Shown piece by piece: positions 10,169 to 19,739 of a stretch of 29,116 nt of DNA. The stretch's first letter is position 1. Each line of letters opens with the position of its first letter. The stretch comes from Desulfobulbaceae bacterium (GTDB taxonomy: Bacteria; Desulfobacterota; Desulfobulbia; Desulfobulbales; Desulfocapsaceae). Location: NCBI GenBank assembly GCA_024643445.1, contig JAHEMX010000002.1, positions 1 to 29,116 on the forward strand, read 5' to 3'. Made by a program: the position numbers and the translations under genes. The notes beneath the pieces were generated by a model. The model worked only from the letters and a program-made list of their open reading frames with translations. It had not been told where the DNA came from and made no database searches.

Positions 10169-11332
10169 TCAGGATGCGTTTCCTGTAATTAACTGATGAG
10201 TCATCAGGCGGGCGGCTTTGTCGGCCTCAAGCAGAACCTTCAGATCGGTATCACTGCCACCCCCTATACGAGCCATTGTTTTTTCGACAATAGCAGAAAT
10301 GCCGGGAAAAGAAATTTGGTTGTTTAAAAAGGCCTCTACCGCAACTTCGTTGGCGGCGTTGAGGACTGCCGCGCTGATACCGCCGCGCTCCAGTGCCTCA
10401 AAAGCGAGCCGCAGTGCCGGGAAACGATCGTAATCAGGTTCAAAAAATTCGAGCTTAGCGCTTTGCCAGAGGTTGAGCGGCTTCAGTTCGAGCGGCATGC
10501 GTTCCGGATAGGAGAGCGCATAGGCGATGGGAATCTTCATATCCGGAATGCCGAGCTGGGCCAGAACGGAGCCGTCCCGGTACTCTACCAGCGAGTGTAC
10601 AATCGACTGCGGGTGCACCACCACACTGATTGCAGCGGGATCCATGCCAAAGAGCCAATGCGCCTCAATAACTTCAAGGCCTTTGTTCATTAGGGTTGCC
10701 GAGTCGATGCTGATCTTCCGCCCCATATTCCAGTTCGGATGGGCCAGAGCCTGCTCCGGCGTAACGTACTGGAGTTCTTCTTTTTTCCTGTTTAAAAAGG
10801 GCCCTCCGGAGGCAGTCAGGATAATTCTGGCAACATCCTCTTTCCGCCCGGCATCGAGCGCCTGCAGGATAGCGCTGTGCTCTGAATCGATGGGCAGAAG
10901 CTTCACCTTGTTTTCCCGCACTTTCTGCATCACCAGCCTGCCTGCGACAACAAGCGTTTCCTTGTTTGCCAGTCCGATATCCTTGCCGGCCTCAATGGCC
11001 GCTATGGTTGGCAGCAGACCGGCTGCCCCGACAACGGCGGTGATCGTCATATCGGCCCCGCCAAGCGAAGCTATCTCCCGGTTCCCGTCAGCACCGTAGA
11101 CGATCCGTTTGCCAAATTCAGCTGGAAGCAGGCGAGCGAGTTTCTCGCCGTGCTCCTCATCAATTACCGAAATCAGCTGGGGCTCAAACTCCAGGACCTG
11201 TATGGCAAGCAAGGAGACATTTCTTCCGGCGGCAAGTCCGACTATGGAGAAACGATCGGGAAACTGTCGGACGATATTCAGGACGTTGACGCCTATTGAT
11301 CCCGTTGAACCCAGCAACGAAAGGTATTTCAT
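10169..11332 (-). CDS. dxr: 1-deoxy-D-xylulose-5-phosphate reductoisomerase (387 aa)
   Basis: Start moved to [14 protein letters not shown] at 11332 (TGATG overlap with cdsA). Motifs [19 protein letters not shown] and [15 protein letters not shown]. Confidence 0.97.
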   Translation of the reverse strand: MKYLSLLGSTGSIGVNVLNIVRQFPDRFSIVGLAAGRNVSLLAIQVLEFEPQLISVIDEEHGEKLARLLPAEFGKRIVYGADGNREIASLGGADMTITAVVGAAGLLPTIAAIEAGKDIGLANKETLVVAGRLVMQKVRENKVKLLPIDSEHSAILQALDAGRKEDVARIILTASGGPFLNRKKEELQYVTPEQALAHPNWNMGRKISIDSATLMNKGLEVIEAHWLFGMDPAAISVVVHPQSIVHSLVEYRDGSVLAQLGIPDMKIPIAYALSYPERMPLELKPLNLWQSAKLEFFEPDYDRFPALRLAFEALERGGISAAVLNAANEVAVEAFLNNQISFPGISAIVEKTMARIGGGSDTDLKVLLEADKAARLMTHQLITGNAS

Positions 11333-12135
11333 CAGAACCCCGAATAAAGAAGGACGTAATACAGGATCGGGGCGGCAAGAAGCAGGGAATCGACACGATC
11401 GAGGATACCGCCGTGAGCGCCAAGCAGCGCGCCTGAGTCCTTGTTCCCGGTACCTCTTTTGATAACGGACTCCAGCAGATCGCCAAGCATCCCGACGATA
11501 GACAGCGCAAATGAAAGAAAAATGATCACCAGCATACCGGCAGGTACCGGGCACAGTTGCGCGAGCAGAACAGCCGCCAGCATACCGCCAACAATACCGC
11601 CGATCGCCCCTTCAACCGTTTTGTTCGGACTGATATGCGGGCAAAGCTTGCGACGTCCCCAGCGACTGCCGACATAATAGGCCAGGGTGTCGGAACCGGC
11701 CGTTACCGCTGAGAGTATTACGAGCCAGTGAGCGCCATCGGGCAGGGCACGGATCAACACCAGGTGTGATGCAAGAAAACCGGTGAAAATGATGCCGAGC
11801 GCACCACGATTCAGGATTGACAATGGTGATTCGAAGCGACTGAAGTTATAAAGGATATAAAGGATTAGCGCGCAGAAGGCGAGGATTACGCCAAAGGATG
11901 CGGAAAATCGAGGATGTTGCGCAAAAACAGCGGCGAGAATGGGCAAACTCAGAACAATAGAGAGAATGGTCCGATCAGATTCATAGAGGATGTGAGCAAG
12001 GCTCATCCTGCAGTATTCCCTGGCCCCGACTATCCCGATCACTAAAACAACCGCCCAAAAGCACAAAAACGATCCCTTCGCAAGCAGCAGCAGCCACCCG
12101 ACCGCGAGAAGAATTCCGGGAACCGTTCTTTTCAT
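11332..12135 (-). CDS. cdsA: Phosphatidate cytidylyltransferase
   Basis: Hydrophobic protein with [14 protein letters not shown] and [22 protein letters not shown]. Confidence 0.95.
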   Translation of the reverse strand: MKRTVPGILLAVGWLLLLAKGSFLCFWAVVLVIGIVGAREYCRMSLAHILYESDRTILSIVLSLPILAAVFAQHPRFSASFGVILAFCALILYILYNFSRFESPLSILNRGALGIIFTGFLASHLVLIRALPDGAHWLVILSAVTAGSDTLAYYVGSRWGRRKLCPHISPNKTVEGAIGGIVGGMLAAVLLAQLCPVPAGMLVIIFLSFALSIVGMLGDLLESVIKRGTGNKDSGALLGAHGGILDRVDSLLLAAPILYYVLLYSGF

Positions 12136-12884
12136 GTACTGTCACTCCCGACCTGGTTGCCCGTCAGGCCAAACCTTCTTTCCCGCCTCTGGTACTCTTG
12201 CAGCGCCAGCAGGTAGGCCTCACGCCTGAAGTCAGGCCACATTGTTTCGGTAAAATAGATCTCTGCATAGGACGCCTGCCAGAGCAGAAAATTTGAAAGC
12301 CGCATTTCACCACCGGTGCGGATCAACAGATCAGGATCAGGCTGTCCTGAGGTATAGAGATGATCAGAAACAACCTGCTGATCGATGTCTTCGACTCTCA
12401 GTTCGCCTCGACAGCATTTTTCAGCAATCTGCCTGATGCCGCCGCATATCTCGTCACGCGAACCGTAGCTCAAGGCCAGATTGAGAATGAGTTTGTCATT
12501 GCCGGAGGTCTTGACGATCGAGGCTTCCAGGACATCCCGTACGGCACGGGGCAATTGAGCAGTATTCCCTATGCAACAAAGACGAATGTTGTTTTTTTCC
12601 ATCCGCTCAAGTTCTGAAACAAGATAGGACTTGAGGATATTCATCAGGCCCGAGACTTCCTGCTGAGGCCGGTTCCAGTTTTCCGAGGAAAAGGCATACA
12701 GGGTCAGATGTCTGACACCAAGTTCACGGGACGTCTCGACGATTTCACGGACTGAATCTGCACCGACCTTGTGCCCGTAGAGTCTCGGCTTTTTTCGTTT
12801 CTGAGCCCATCTCCCATTACCATCCATGACAATGGCAACGTGGGTTGGGATTCTATCCGGATCGAAGGGGTCGGAAGATGTCAT
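12132..12884 (-). CDS. uppS: Undecaprenyl diphosphate synthase (isoprenyl transferase)
   Basis: Motifs HVAIVMDGNGRWA, YAFSSENWNRP and PDLLIRTGGEMRLSNFLLWQ. ATG at 12884 chosen; GTG at 12914 is an alternative start. Confidence 0.95.
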   Translation of the reverse strand: MTSSDPFDPDRIPTHVAIVMDGNGRWAQKRKKPRLYGHKVGADSVREIVETSRELGVRHLTLYAFSSENWNRPQQEVSGLMNILKSYLVSELERMEKNNIRLCCIGNTAQLPRAVRDVLEASIVKTSGNDKLILNLALSYGSRDEICGGIRQIAEKCCRGELRVEDIDQQVVSDHLYTSGQPDPDLLIRTGGEMRLSNFLLWQASYAEIYFTETMWPDFRREAYLLALQEYQRRERRFGLTGNQVGSDST

Positions 12885-12930
12885 TGAATGGTTTTTCGGA
12901 TCTGGGACCAACACCTGCTGTACTCGAGCC

Positions 12931-13485
12931 CTAGACAGCCATCACCTCTTTTTCCTTGGAGGCGGTTATGGTGTCTACCTGGGCAATATAGTCATTCGTT
13001 TCCGATTGAGCCTCTTCCTGAAGTTTAAAGAGCTCATCCTCCGAGATATCCTTGTCCTTCTTCTGCTTTTTCAGGATATCAATGGCCTCGCGGCGAACAT
13101 TTCTGATTGCCACGCGAAACTCTTCCGCAACTTTCTTGACCTGTTTAACCAGCTCCGTTCTTCGTTCTTCGGTGAGCTGCGGAATATTGAGCCGAATGAT
13201 CTTGCCATCATTTACCGGCGTCAGGCCGATATCCGATTTGAGGATCGCCTTTTCGATGGCCCCGATTACCTGAGGGTCCCATGGCTGAATGGCGATCATC
13301 CTGCTTTCCGGAATGGTAATCGTACTGACCTGATTCAACGGCATGGTGCTGCCGTAAGAGGCTACGGCAATACCATCGAGAAGAGCAAGTGAAGCACGTC
13401 CGGTGCGAACCTTGGACAGTTCGTACTTGAAGGCTTCGACACTTTTCTCCATTTTTTCAGACATCTCAAGTATCACATCGCTCAT
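12931..13485 (-). CDS. frr: Ribosome recycling factor
   Basis: Motifs VRTGRAS, IPQLTEERR and RVAIRNVRR. Confidence 0.97.
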   Translation of the reverse strand: MSDVILEMSEKMEKSVEAFKYELSKVRTGRASLALLDGIAVASYGSTMPLNQVSTITIPESRMIAIQPWDPQVIGAIEKAILKSDIGLTPVNDGKIIRLNIPQLTEERRTELVKQVKKVAEEFRVAIRNVRREAIDILKKQKKDKDISEDELFKLQEEAQSETNDYIAQVDTITASKEKEVMAV

Positions 13486-13523
13486 TTTGTCACCTTTCCT
13501 GTTAATGGACAGCAGCGGGTTTA

Positions 13524-14237
13524 TCAGGTGCTGATAAGCGTGCCGACCTTCTCTCCGAGCACCGCTTTCCTGACATTGCCGGGCACTGTCATATTCATGA
13601 CCAAAATAGGCTTGCCATCTTCCTTTGCCAGCGCAATACCGGCAGCATCCATGACCCGAAGGTCCTGTTTGAGAACCTGATCATAGCTGAGCTGATCGAA
13701 TTTAACTGCATCCGGGAATTTTATCGGATCCTTGTCATACACGCCATCCACTTTGGTGGCCTTGATGATAAGATCGGCATCGATCTCAAGTGCTCTGAGT
13801 ACAGCAGCCGAATCAGTCGTGAAATAGGGGTTCCCGGTACCAGCCGCGAGAATGACGGTTCTGCCTTTTTCCAGATGCCTGGTTGCCCGCCGGCGGATAT
13901 ACGGTTCGCAGACAGACTGCATCGGAATTGCCGACTGGACCCGAGTATCAACCCCGGCACGCTCAAGTGCATCCTGCATCGCCAGACTGTTCATGACCGT
14001 TGCCAGCATTCCCATATAGTCTGCCGTGGCCCGATCCATGCCCTTGCTTGCTCCGGCAACACCCCTGAAGATATTTCCGGCACCGATGACAATACCTGTC
14101 TGGACACCAAGGCCAACGATTTCCTTGATTTCCGAGGCAACAAAATCGAGGACACCGGTGTTGATCCCATAGGAATCCTCGCCCATCAGAGCCTCTCCGC
14201 TGAGCTTCAGCAAAATTCTATGGTATTTTAACTGCAT
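13524..14237 (-). CDS. pyrH: UMP kinase (237 aa)
   Basis: Start moved to [17 protein letters not shown] at 14237. Motifs [11 protein letters not shown] and [13 protein letters not shown]. Confidence 0.97.
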   Translation of the reverse strand: MQLKYHRILLKLSGEALMGEDSYGINTGVLDFVASEIKEIVGLGVQTGIVIGAGNIFRGVAGASKGMDRATADYMGMLATVMNSLAMQDALERAGVDTRVQSAIPMQSVCEPYIRRRATRHLEKGRTVILAAGTGNPYFTTDSAAVLRALEIDADLIIKATKVDGVYDKDPIKFPDAVKFDQLSYDQVLKQDLRVMDAAGIALAKEDGKPILVMNMTVPGNVRKAVLGEKVGTLIST

Positions 14238-14366
14238 ACAGATGCTCCCGGGTAAGGTAAAATGCGGTTGACGGCCCTGAACCGGCAGCCGATCAAACAG
14301 TCCACCACGACTGCATTGCATGCCTGTCAGAAACGACTATGCAATCAGACGGAAATAATCGATGAT

Positions 14367-14963
14367 TCAATCAACCCCGATCTGAAAACGGGAGAATCGC
14401 TTGATGCTGATATTCTCGCCCATCTTGCCAACACAGTCGGTTAAAAGGTCCTGAACGCTGAGATCAGGATTCTTCACAAATTTCTGTTCCAGCAGGCAGA
14501 TTTCCGCAAGGAATTTGTCCACCTTGCCGGAAACAATTTTCTCGATGATATTCTTCGGTTTACCCGATTCAAGTGCCTGCTGCTCATAGATCGCTTTTTC
14601 ACGAGATAGAACATTTTCAGGCACACTTTCACGATCGATGGAAACCGGGGAGGAAGCGGCAATGTGCATCGCCAGATCCCTGGCAAGTTCCCTGAATTGA
14701 TCGGTCTTGGCCACGAAATCAGTTTCGCAGTTCAATTCTATCATGACCCCGAGTTTTCCGCCGGCATGAATGTATGTCTCAATGACACCTTCGGAAGTCG
14801 CTCTGCCGGCACGTTTGGCTGCCACGGCAAGCCCTTTCTTGCGGAGCAGATCGACGGCTTTCTCCATATCGCCATCCGTTTCAGTGAGCGCTTTTTTACA
14901 GTCCATCATGCCGGCGCTGGTCTTGTCCCGCAGATCCTTCACCATCTGGCTGGTAATTTTCAT
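14367..14963 (-). CDS. tsf: Elongation factor Ts, short form (198 aa)
   Basis: Motifs VKDLRDKTSAGMMDCKKAL, ELNCETDFVA and LLEQKFVK. Confidence 0.97.
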   Translation of the reverse strand: MKITSQMVKDLRDKTSAGMMDCKKALTETDGDMEKAVDLLRKKGLAVAAKRAGRATSEGVIETYIHAGGKLGVMIELNCETDFVAKTDQFRELARDLAMHIAASSPVSIDRESVPENVLSREKAIYEQQALESGKPKNIIEKIVSGKVDKFLAEICLLEQKFVKNPDLSVQDLLTDCVGKMGENISIKRFSRFQIGVD

Positions 14964-15116
14964 TCTATTCCTCCATCGAAGACGTATCGCTACGTTATTT
15001 CATTTTTTCCTGCCACGGCGATGCGCAGACGCAGCTGCAGTTTTACCGTGGTCATTCTTGTTCAGTGACAGCGCGCCAATAAAAAGCCGCCGCTAAAATT
15101 GTCCCAACTGATAATG

Positions 15117-15144
15117 AAAAGGGGCCGTCATGCGACTGCCCCTT
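15117..15144 (-). terminator. Terminator/attenuator-like hairpin between rpsB and tsf
   Basis: Minus strand reads aaggggc-a-gtc-gcat-gac-g-gcccc-ttttcatt. The U-tract is short (4 nt). Confidence 0.55.
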
Positions 15145-15241
15145 CTCACCATTGTGCTGTTACCTCAGTCAAACCCGAATTCCTCGTTACCGATCAAGGA
15201 AACGGGTAGGCGCAAGCCCTGAGCTGCTCTTTTTTGGCTCG

Positions 15242-16063
15242 CTATTCCTGGGCTGCTTTCGGCTCGGCAACCTTTTCGAGAGGTGCCTCAACAACATCGG
15301 TCTTTTCAGCCTTCACCATCTCTTCTTCACTGACGGCCATGGCGGCTTCAAGGGCCTCGGCGGAGGCGTCTTCACCGTCTTTTTCGGCCTGACCCTGGAG
15401 AACAGCTTCTGCCACATACCCGGTGATCAATCTGATAGCCTTGATCGCATCATCGTTGCCTGGAATCAGGTAATCAATGCCGTCAGGATCACAGTTGGTG
15501 TCGGTCATGGCAACAATCGGGATCTTGAGTTTCTGAGCTTCCTTGACCGCGATAGCCTCAGCTTTTGGATCGACGACGAATATCACGCTGGGCAGTCCCC
15601 TCATGTCCTTTATGCCGCCGACGTTGCGATCGAGTTTGACGCGCTCCTTCTGCATCTTCAAAATTTCCTTTTTGGGAAACTTGCTGATGGAACCGTCCTC
15701 CTGCATCGCTTCGATAGACTTGAGCCGGTCAACACTGGTCTTGATGGTCTGGAAATTGGTCATCATGCCGCCAAGCCAGCGGTAATCGACATAATATTGT
15801 TTACAGCGTCGCGCTTCCTCACGGATTATTGCCTGGGCCTGGCGCTTGGTACCGACAAAAAGTACCGAGCCCCCTTCAGCAACTTCTTTGGCAACGAAGT
15901 CACACGCCTTGGCAAACAGGCGCCTGGTGATATCGAGGTTGATGATATAGATACCATTGCGAGGGCCATAGATATACGGCTTCATCTTCGGGTTCCAGCG
16001 CCTGGTCTGATGTCCAAAATGCAGGCCTGCCTGCAGCATCTCCTTCACGGTTGCATAGCTCAT
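15242..16063 (-). CDS. rpsB: 30S ribosomal protein S2 (uS2) with acidic C-terminal tail
   Basis: Motifs [16 protein letters not shown] and [16 protein letters not shown]. Confidence 0.98.
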   Translation of the reverse strand: MSYATVKEMLQAGLHFGHQTRRWNPKMKPYIYGPRNGIYIINLDITRRLFAKACDFVAKEVAEGGSVLFVGTKRQAQAIIREEARRCKQYYVDYRWLGGMMTNFQTIKTSVDRLKSIEAMQEDGSISKFPKKEILKMQKERVKLDRNVGGIKDMRGLPSVIFVVDPKAEAIAVKEAQKLKIPIVAMTDTNCDPDGIDYLIPGNDDAIKAIRLITGYVAEAVLQGQAEKDGEDASAEALEAAMAVSEEEMVKAEKTDVVEAPLEKVAEPKAAQE

Positions 16064-16160
16064 CGTTCACTCCTTTTCTGGTTTAACCTCCATCTTCATG
16101 GATCAGCCAAGGTTTAAAAACCAACTGGTCTGACACCAGATCTGCTGAAGATGTGTGTTT
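16064..16160 (-). promoter_or_regulatory. S2 (rpsB) ribosomal-protein leader, autoregulatory RNA
   Basis: Minus strand reads ACACAC-AUCUUCA...UGAAGAUG-GAGG-UUAA-ACC. The 8-bp outer stem CAUCUUCA/UGAAGAUG lies between a CA-repeat and a GAGG..AACC element, the layout of the E. coli rpsB leader. Confidence 0.75.
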
Positions 16161-16348
16161 TAGTGCCTCGGGGTTTATTCTTCTTTGCAAAAAAAAGAAA
16201 AAACTGTTGATGGCATGGCCCCGGTTATCGGGGTCCGTTCTTCTACTCCTTTTCCAGCACACTACTATGTGCGCAAAACATATTCTCTTACCATGCGAAT
16301 CAATGTTTTGCAAGTTTCTCGTAACCTTGAAAACGTTGATTCGTGCAA

Positions 16349-17116
16349 CTATCGACGCCGAAGAGAGGACACACCGCCAAAAATCATCTTCAGCCAATCA
16401 AATCCGAATTTAAGCAACCCTTCATCGGAGTCGATTACTCTCTTTTTCTGCTCCCGGTTCAGTAAAAACATCTCGATGATCTGATTTTTTTCTACATATC
16501 GGCGAAAACCGTCGATGTCGTAACAGACCATAAAAGCGAGCTGCTGGTTCGGTCCCCCGCTTCCTTCCCCCTGCCATGGATTGGTGGCAAAGAGCGTATC
16601 GACTTCCGCCCACAGGTCGTTCATCAAGTTGAACTCATCCAACCGTTGGTTTCTCACCCACTGTTTCACGGTAAAATGGTTGGATTCCTGGTGTCCGAGA
16701 CAATAGGCATGATTCGTCAGGAAATAATAATCCCTGAAAACCCCTTTCTGTGGAGAACGGTCCACCGCCCGTTCCAGGGGATAGGTTCGGCAGGCAGTTG
16801 GTCGATTGGGATACACCGTGCAACCGGTTTTTGCTAAAAAGGGACAAACCCGCTCTTCCCCGTTCTGAACAAGCTTGAGCTTTACCGTCGGGAAATAGGG
16901 ATTGCCCCCTGATTTCAATTCGGTATGGGTACGCATGAACATCTCCGAGTCCATGTTGATACTTTTCTTGAGACGAATAATGTCGTAGGGATACAAATCA
17001 AGGTCAACGCCCTTGCAGCAAACGGTAAAACAGGCAACCTGCGGATGGCATAGAAAGGAGAAGGACTCTTTTCCAAGCGGCTGCATACCTTCAGGAAATT
17101 CCTTTTCTTGTGTCAT
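16349..17116 (-). CDS. YkgJ-family (CxxCxxCC) cysteine-cluster protein (255 aa)
   Basis: C-HPQVA-C-FTV-CC, followed by CPFL...GCTVYPNRPTACRTYP. Confidence 0.8.
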   Translation of the reverse strand: MTQEKEFPEGMQPLGKESFSFLCHPQVACFTVCCKGVDLDLYPYDIIRLKKSINMDSEMFMRTHTELKSGGNPYFPTVKLKLVQNGEERVCPFLAKTGCTVYPNRPTACRTYPLERAVDRSPQKGVFRDYYFLTNHAYCLGHQESNHFTVKQWVRNQRLDEFNLMNDLWAEVDTLFATNPWQGEGSGGPNQQLAFMVCYDIDGFRRYVEKNQIIEMFLLNREQKKRVIDSDEGLLKFGFDWLKMIFGGVSSLRRR

Positions 17117-17275
17117 AATAACCCGTTATCATCAGAGCCTGCGGCAAGACAACCTTTTCGCCCAAACGCTACGTTATACTAGAAAATTTATCCGCGAAAT
17201 ATTTGTTATATACACCCCAAGGGCACTTCTTTCAGGGCGCCTGTTGAAAATTTTTCGTATGCCTTGATTTTGAGC

Positions 17276-17304
17276 GAAAAGCCTCATTTTTTATGAGGCT
17301 TTTC
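17276..17304. terminator. Perfect 12-bp hairpin, second terminator after rplQ
   Basis: gaaaagcctcat-ttttt-atgaggcttttc, with short U-tracts available in both orientations. Confidence 0.65.
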
Positions 17305-17308
17305 ATAC

Positions 17309-17348
17309 AAAAAAAAAGCTGACATGAACCTTGTTCATTGTCAGCTTT
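17309..17348 (-). terminator. Intrinsic terminator of the alpha operon (after rplQ)
   Basis: Minus strand reads aaagctgaca-a-tgaac-aag-gttca-tgtcagc followed by a 9-nt T run. Confidence 0.88.
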
Positions 17349-17369
17349 AATCGGGTGGGTGTGAAACTA

Positions 17370-17759
17370 TCAGTTTTCTTTGGTCTCACCACCAAGATCT
17401 TCTTCGTAGCCGACCAGCTCAATGATGGCCATCGCTGCAGCATCCCCGCGCCGGATGCCGGTACGGATAATACGGGTATACCCCCCGTTTCTATCGGCAA
17501 ACTGGTCTTTGATGCTGTCAAATAGTTTGGCCACAACAGTTCTGCTGCGAATATAATCCAGAGCCTGCCGACGCGCATGCAGATCACCGCGCTTGGCCAG
17601 GGTAATCATTTTCTCTGCGATCGGTCGCAACTCCTTTGCCTTCTGCTCCGTGGTAATAATACGCTCATGCTCGAACAGGGAAGTCACCATATTTCTGAAC
17701 ATCGCTATTCTGTGTGAAGTCGTGCGGCCTAGATTTCTGCCGGATTTTCTGTGTCTCAT
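17370..17759 (-). CDS. rplQ: 50S ribosomal protein L17
   Basis: [17 protein letters not shown] and [17 protein letters not shown]. Confidence 0.98.
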   Translation of the reverse strand: MRHRKSGRNLGRTTSHRIAMFRNMVTSLFEHERIITTEQKAKELRPIAEKMITLAKRGDLHARRQALDYIRSRTVVAKLFDSIKDQFADRNGGYTRIIRTGIRRGDAAAMAIIELVGYEEDLGGETKEN

Positions 17760-17848
17760 GTTCCTTTCCTCAAATCAATACAATGCAGTATCCACAAGCG
17801 GATATCTGAGGTTTCTCCATCCTGAAGCAGCTTTTGCAAACAGGCTGT

Positions 17849-18886
17849 TTAGTCTCTCTTTTTCTCAGGAATTGCCGGGCGCATCCAGTTATCAAACTTC
17901 ATACCAAGCGTCAGCCCCATCTCGGACAGAAGGGTTTTTATTTCGTTAAGCGACTTTCGCCCGAAATTCTTGGTTTTCAACATTTCCTGGTCAGATCTCT
18001 GAGCCAGATCACCAATAAAATAGATCTCTGCGTTCTTCAAACAGTTCGCCGAACGAACTGATAATTCGAGATCGTCTACCGGTTTATCAAGGTACGGATT
18101 AAGCGGTGTAGTATCCTTCTCACCCTCTTCCTCCTGCTCAGGTTCGGCTCGTTCCTCATTAAAGTTAATGAATATATTCATTTGACTTTTGAGGATCTTG
18201 GAAGCATAGGCAAGAGCGCTTTCAGGTGTTACAGAGCCATCCGTCTCGATTTCCATGGTCAGCTTATCATAGTCCGTCTGCTGACCGACCCGGGCTTTTG
18301 CCAGAATCAACTGGACTCTCCTGATTGGAGAGAAAATGGCATCGATCGGGATCTGGCCGATAGCCAGGTCTTCTTTCTCCTGCTTCTCAGCCGGAAGGTA
18401 GCCCTTTCCCCATTCGACCGTAAATTCGGCCTTGAATGTGCTGGTACCCGTCAGGGTACATATCTTCTGCCCGGGATTCATTACGTCTACATAAACTGAC
18501 GGAGTGATATCTCCGGCCAAAACGTCTCCTGGTCCCTTTTTCTCTATGGTGATTTTCCGGGACTCTTCGCAGTTTAGTTTCAGTCTCACCTGCTTGATAT
18601 TGAGGATGATTTCACTGACATCCTCCATCACGTCCTTCAACGTGGTAAATTCATGCAGCGCACCTTCAATCTTGATGGTGGTGATTGCCGCTCCCTGAAT
18701 TGACGAGAGAAGAATCCGTCTCAGCGAATTTCCGATCGTCGTGGCAAATCCACGTTCAAGAGGCTGACAGACTATCTTGGCATATGAAGCGGTATGGCTG
18801 TCCTTATCTATCTCAAGCTTTTCAGGCTTAATAAGCTCGTGCCAGTTCCGGTAAAAAGGTATATTCTCGTCGGCAGCGTGAGTCAT
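17849..18886 (-). CDS. rpoA: RNA polymerase subunit alpha
   Basis: Motifs [27 protein letters not shown] and [22 protein letters not shown]. Confidence 0.98.
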   Translation of the reverse strand: MTHAADENIPFYRNWHELIKPEKLEIDKDSHTASYAKIVCQPLERGFATTIGNSLRRILLSSIQGAAITTIKIEGALHEFTTLKDVMEDVSEIILNIKQVRLKLNCEESRKITIEKKGPGDVLAGDITPSVYVDVMNPGQKICTLTGTSTFKAEFTVEWGKGYLPAEKQEKEDLAIGQIPIDAIFSPIRRVQLILAKARVGQQTDYDKLTMEIETDGSVTPESALAYASKILKSQMNIFINFNEERAEPEQEEEGEKDTTPLNPYLDKPVDDLELSVRSANCLKNAEIYFIGDLAQRSDQEMLKTKNFGRKSLNEIKTLLSEMGLTLGMKFDNWMRPAIPEKKRD

Positions 18887-18995
18887 ATCATCCCTTTCTC
18901 TATGTTTTGAAAAGCGAAAACCCTTAAGCAGATCATCGATACGGTTATCGGTATTTCCGATTTCCTCTGCCCCTTAAAGGTGCTTAGTCATAATA

Positions 18996-19041
18996 ACGAC
19001 AGACCGTCCAAGGCGATAGGGATCACCCGTCGGTCTGTCGT
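18996..19041. other. Intercistronic stem-loop between rpsD and rpoA
   Basis: acgacagaccg (18996-19006) pairs perfectly with cggtctgtcgt (19031-19041): 11 bp enclosing 24 nt. Confidence 0.6.
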
Positions 19042-19058
19042 CAATTTTTTATTGTCGT

Positions 19059-19688
19059 TTACTTGGAGTAAAGTTCGACAATCAGCTGTTCCTGAATAGG
19101 CATGGTCAATTCTTCTCTATTCGGCATCGCTTTAATAGTCGATCTGTACGTTTTCTTATCAAGTTCAATCCAGCTCGGGATACCGCGTCGATCAACCGCC
19201 TCAAGGCTTTCGTTGATCAGGGTATTAGCCCGACTTTTTTCTTTAATTTCAACGTTGTCGCCAACAGAAATCTGAAAAGAGGGTACGTTTACCTTTTTCC
19301 CGTTAACGAGAATGTGTTTGTGCCTGATCAGTTGCCGGGCCTGATTTCGCGAAGAAGCGAATCCCATGCGAAAAACAGCATTATCAAGCCTTCTCTCGAG
19401 CATGATAAGCAGGTTTTCACCGGTGATTCCCTTCTGCAGATCAGCCTTCTGGAAATAGTGCCTGAACTGTCCTTCCAGCATGCCGTACATGCTTTTGACT
19501 TTCTGCTTTTCTCTCAGCTGAACTGCATAATCAGACTGTTTTTTAAATCGCGCTTGTCCGTGCTGCCCGGGAGCGAACGCCCGACGCTCGAAGGAGCACT
19601 TGTCGGAATAACAGCGATCTCCTTTCAAAAACAGTTTCAGCCCTTCACGTCTACAGCGGCGACATGCTGCACCAGTATCTCTTGCCAA
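19059..19688 (-). CDS. rpsD: 30S ribosomal protein S4 (TTG start, Cys-containing form)
   Basis: ARDTGAACRRCRREG, LREKQK and LERRLDN. GGAGG SD. Confidence 0.98.
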   Translation of the reverse strand: MARDTGAACRRCRREGLKLFLKGDRCYSDKCSFERRAFAPGQHGQARFKKQSDYAVQLREKQKVKSMYGMLEGQFRHYFQKADLQKGITGENLLIMLERRLDNAVFRMGFASSRNQARQLIRHKHILVNGKKVNVPSFQISVGDNVEIKEKSRANTLINESLEAVDRRGIPSWIELDKKTYRSTIKAMPNREELTMPIQEQLIVELYSK

Positions 19689-19739
19689 CTTGAACCTCCG
19701 TTGATTAAGCTATTTCTACTCGATGGATGTTCCTCAGCA

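Noticed and set aside
11333-11554. N-terminal extensions from the ORF track (dxr; also proS, pyrH, FKBP, Smr, rpsH, rpsN)
   Set aside because: Upstream in-frame starts overlap neighbouring genes or spacers. Family N-termini and SD positions support the shorter starts reported.
15007-15049. Second small ORF in the rpsB-tsf spacer (MTTVKLQLRLRIAVAGKNEIT; coordinates approximate, core only)
   Set aside because: No SD and no supporting feature; expected by chance.
15152-16117. 321-aa plus-strand ORF antisense to rpsB
   Set aside because: Shadow ORF mirroring the codon bias of a highly expressed gene. No recognisable motif or SD.
16226-16260. SD-like AAAAGGAGT resembling the rpsB SD region
   Set aside because: No start codon at usable spacing, and the match to 16064-16081 is too short to call a repeat.
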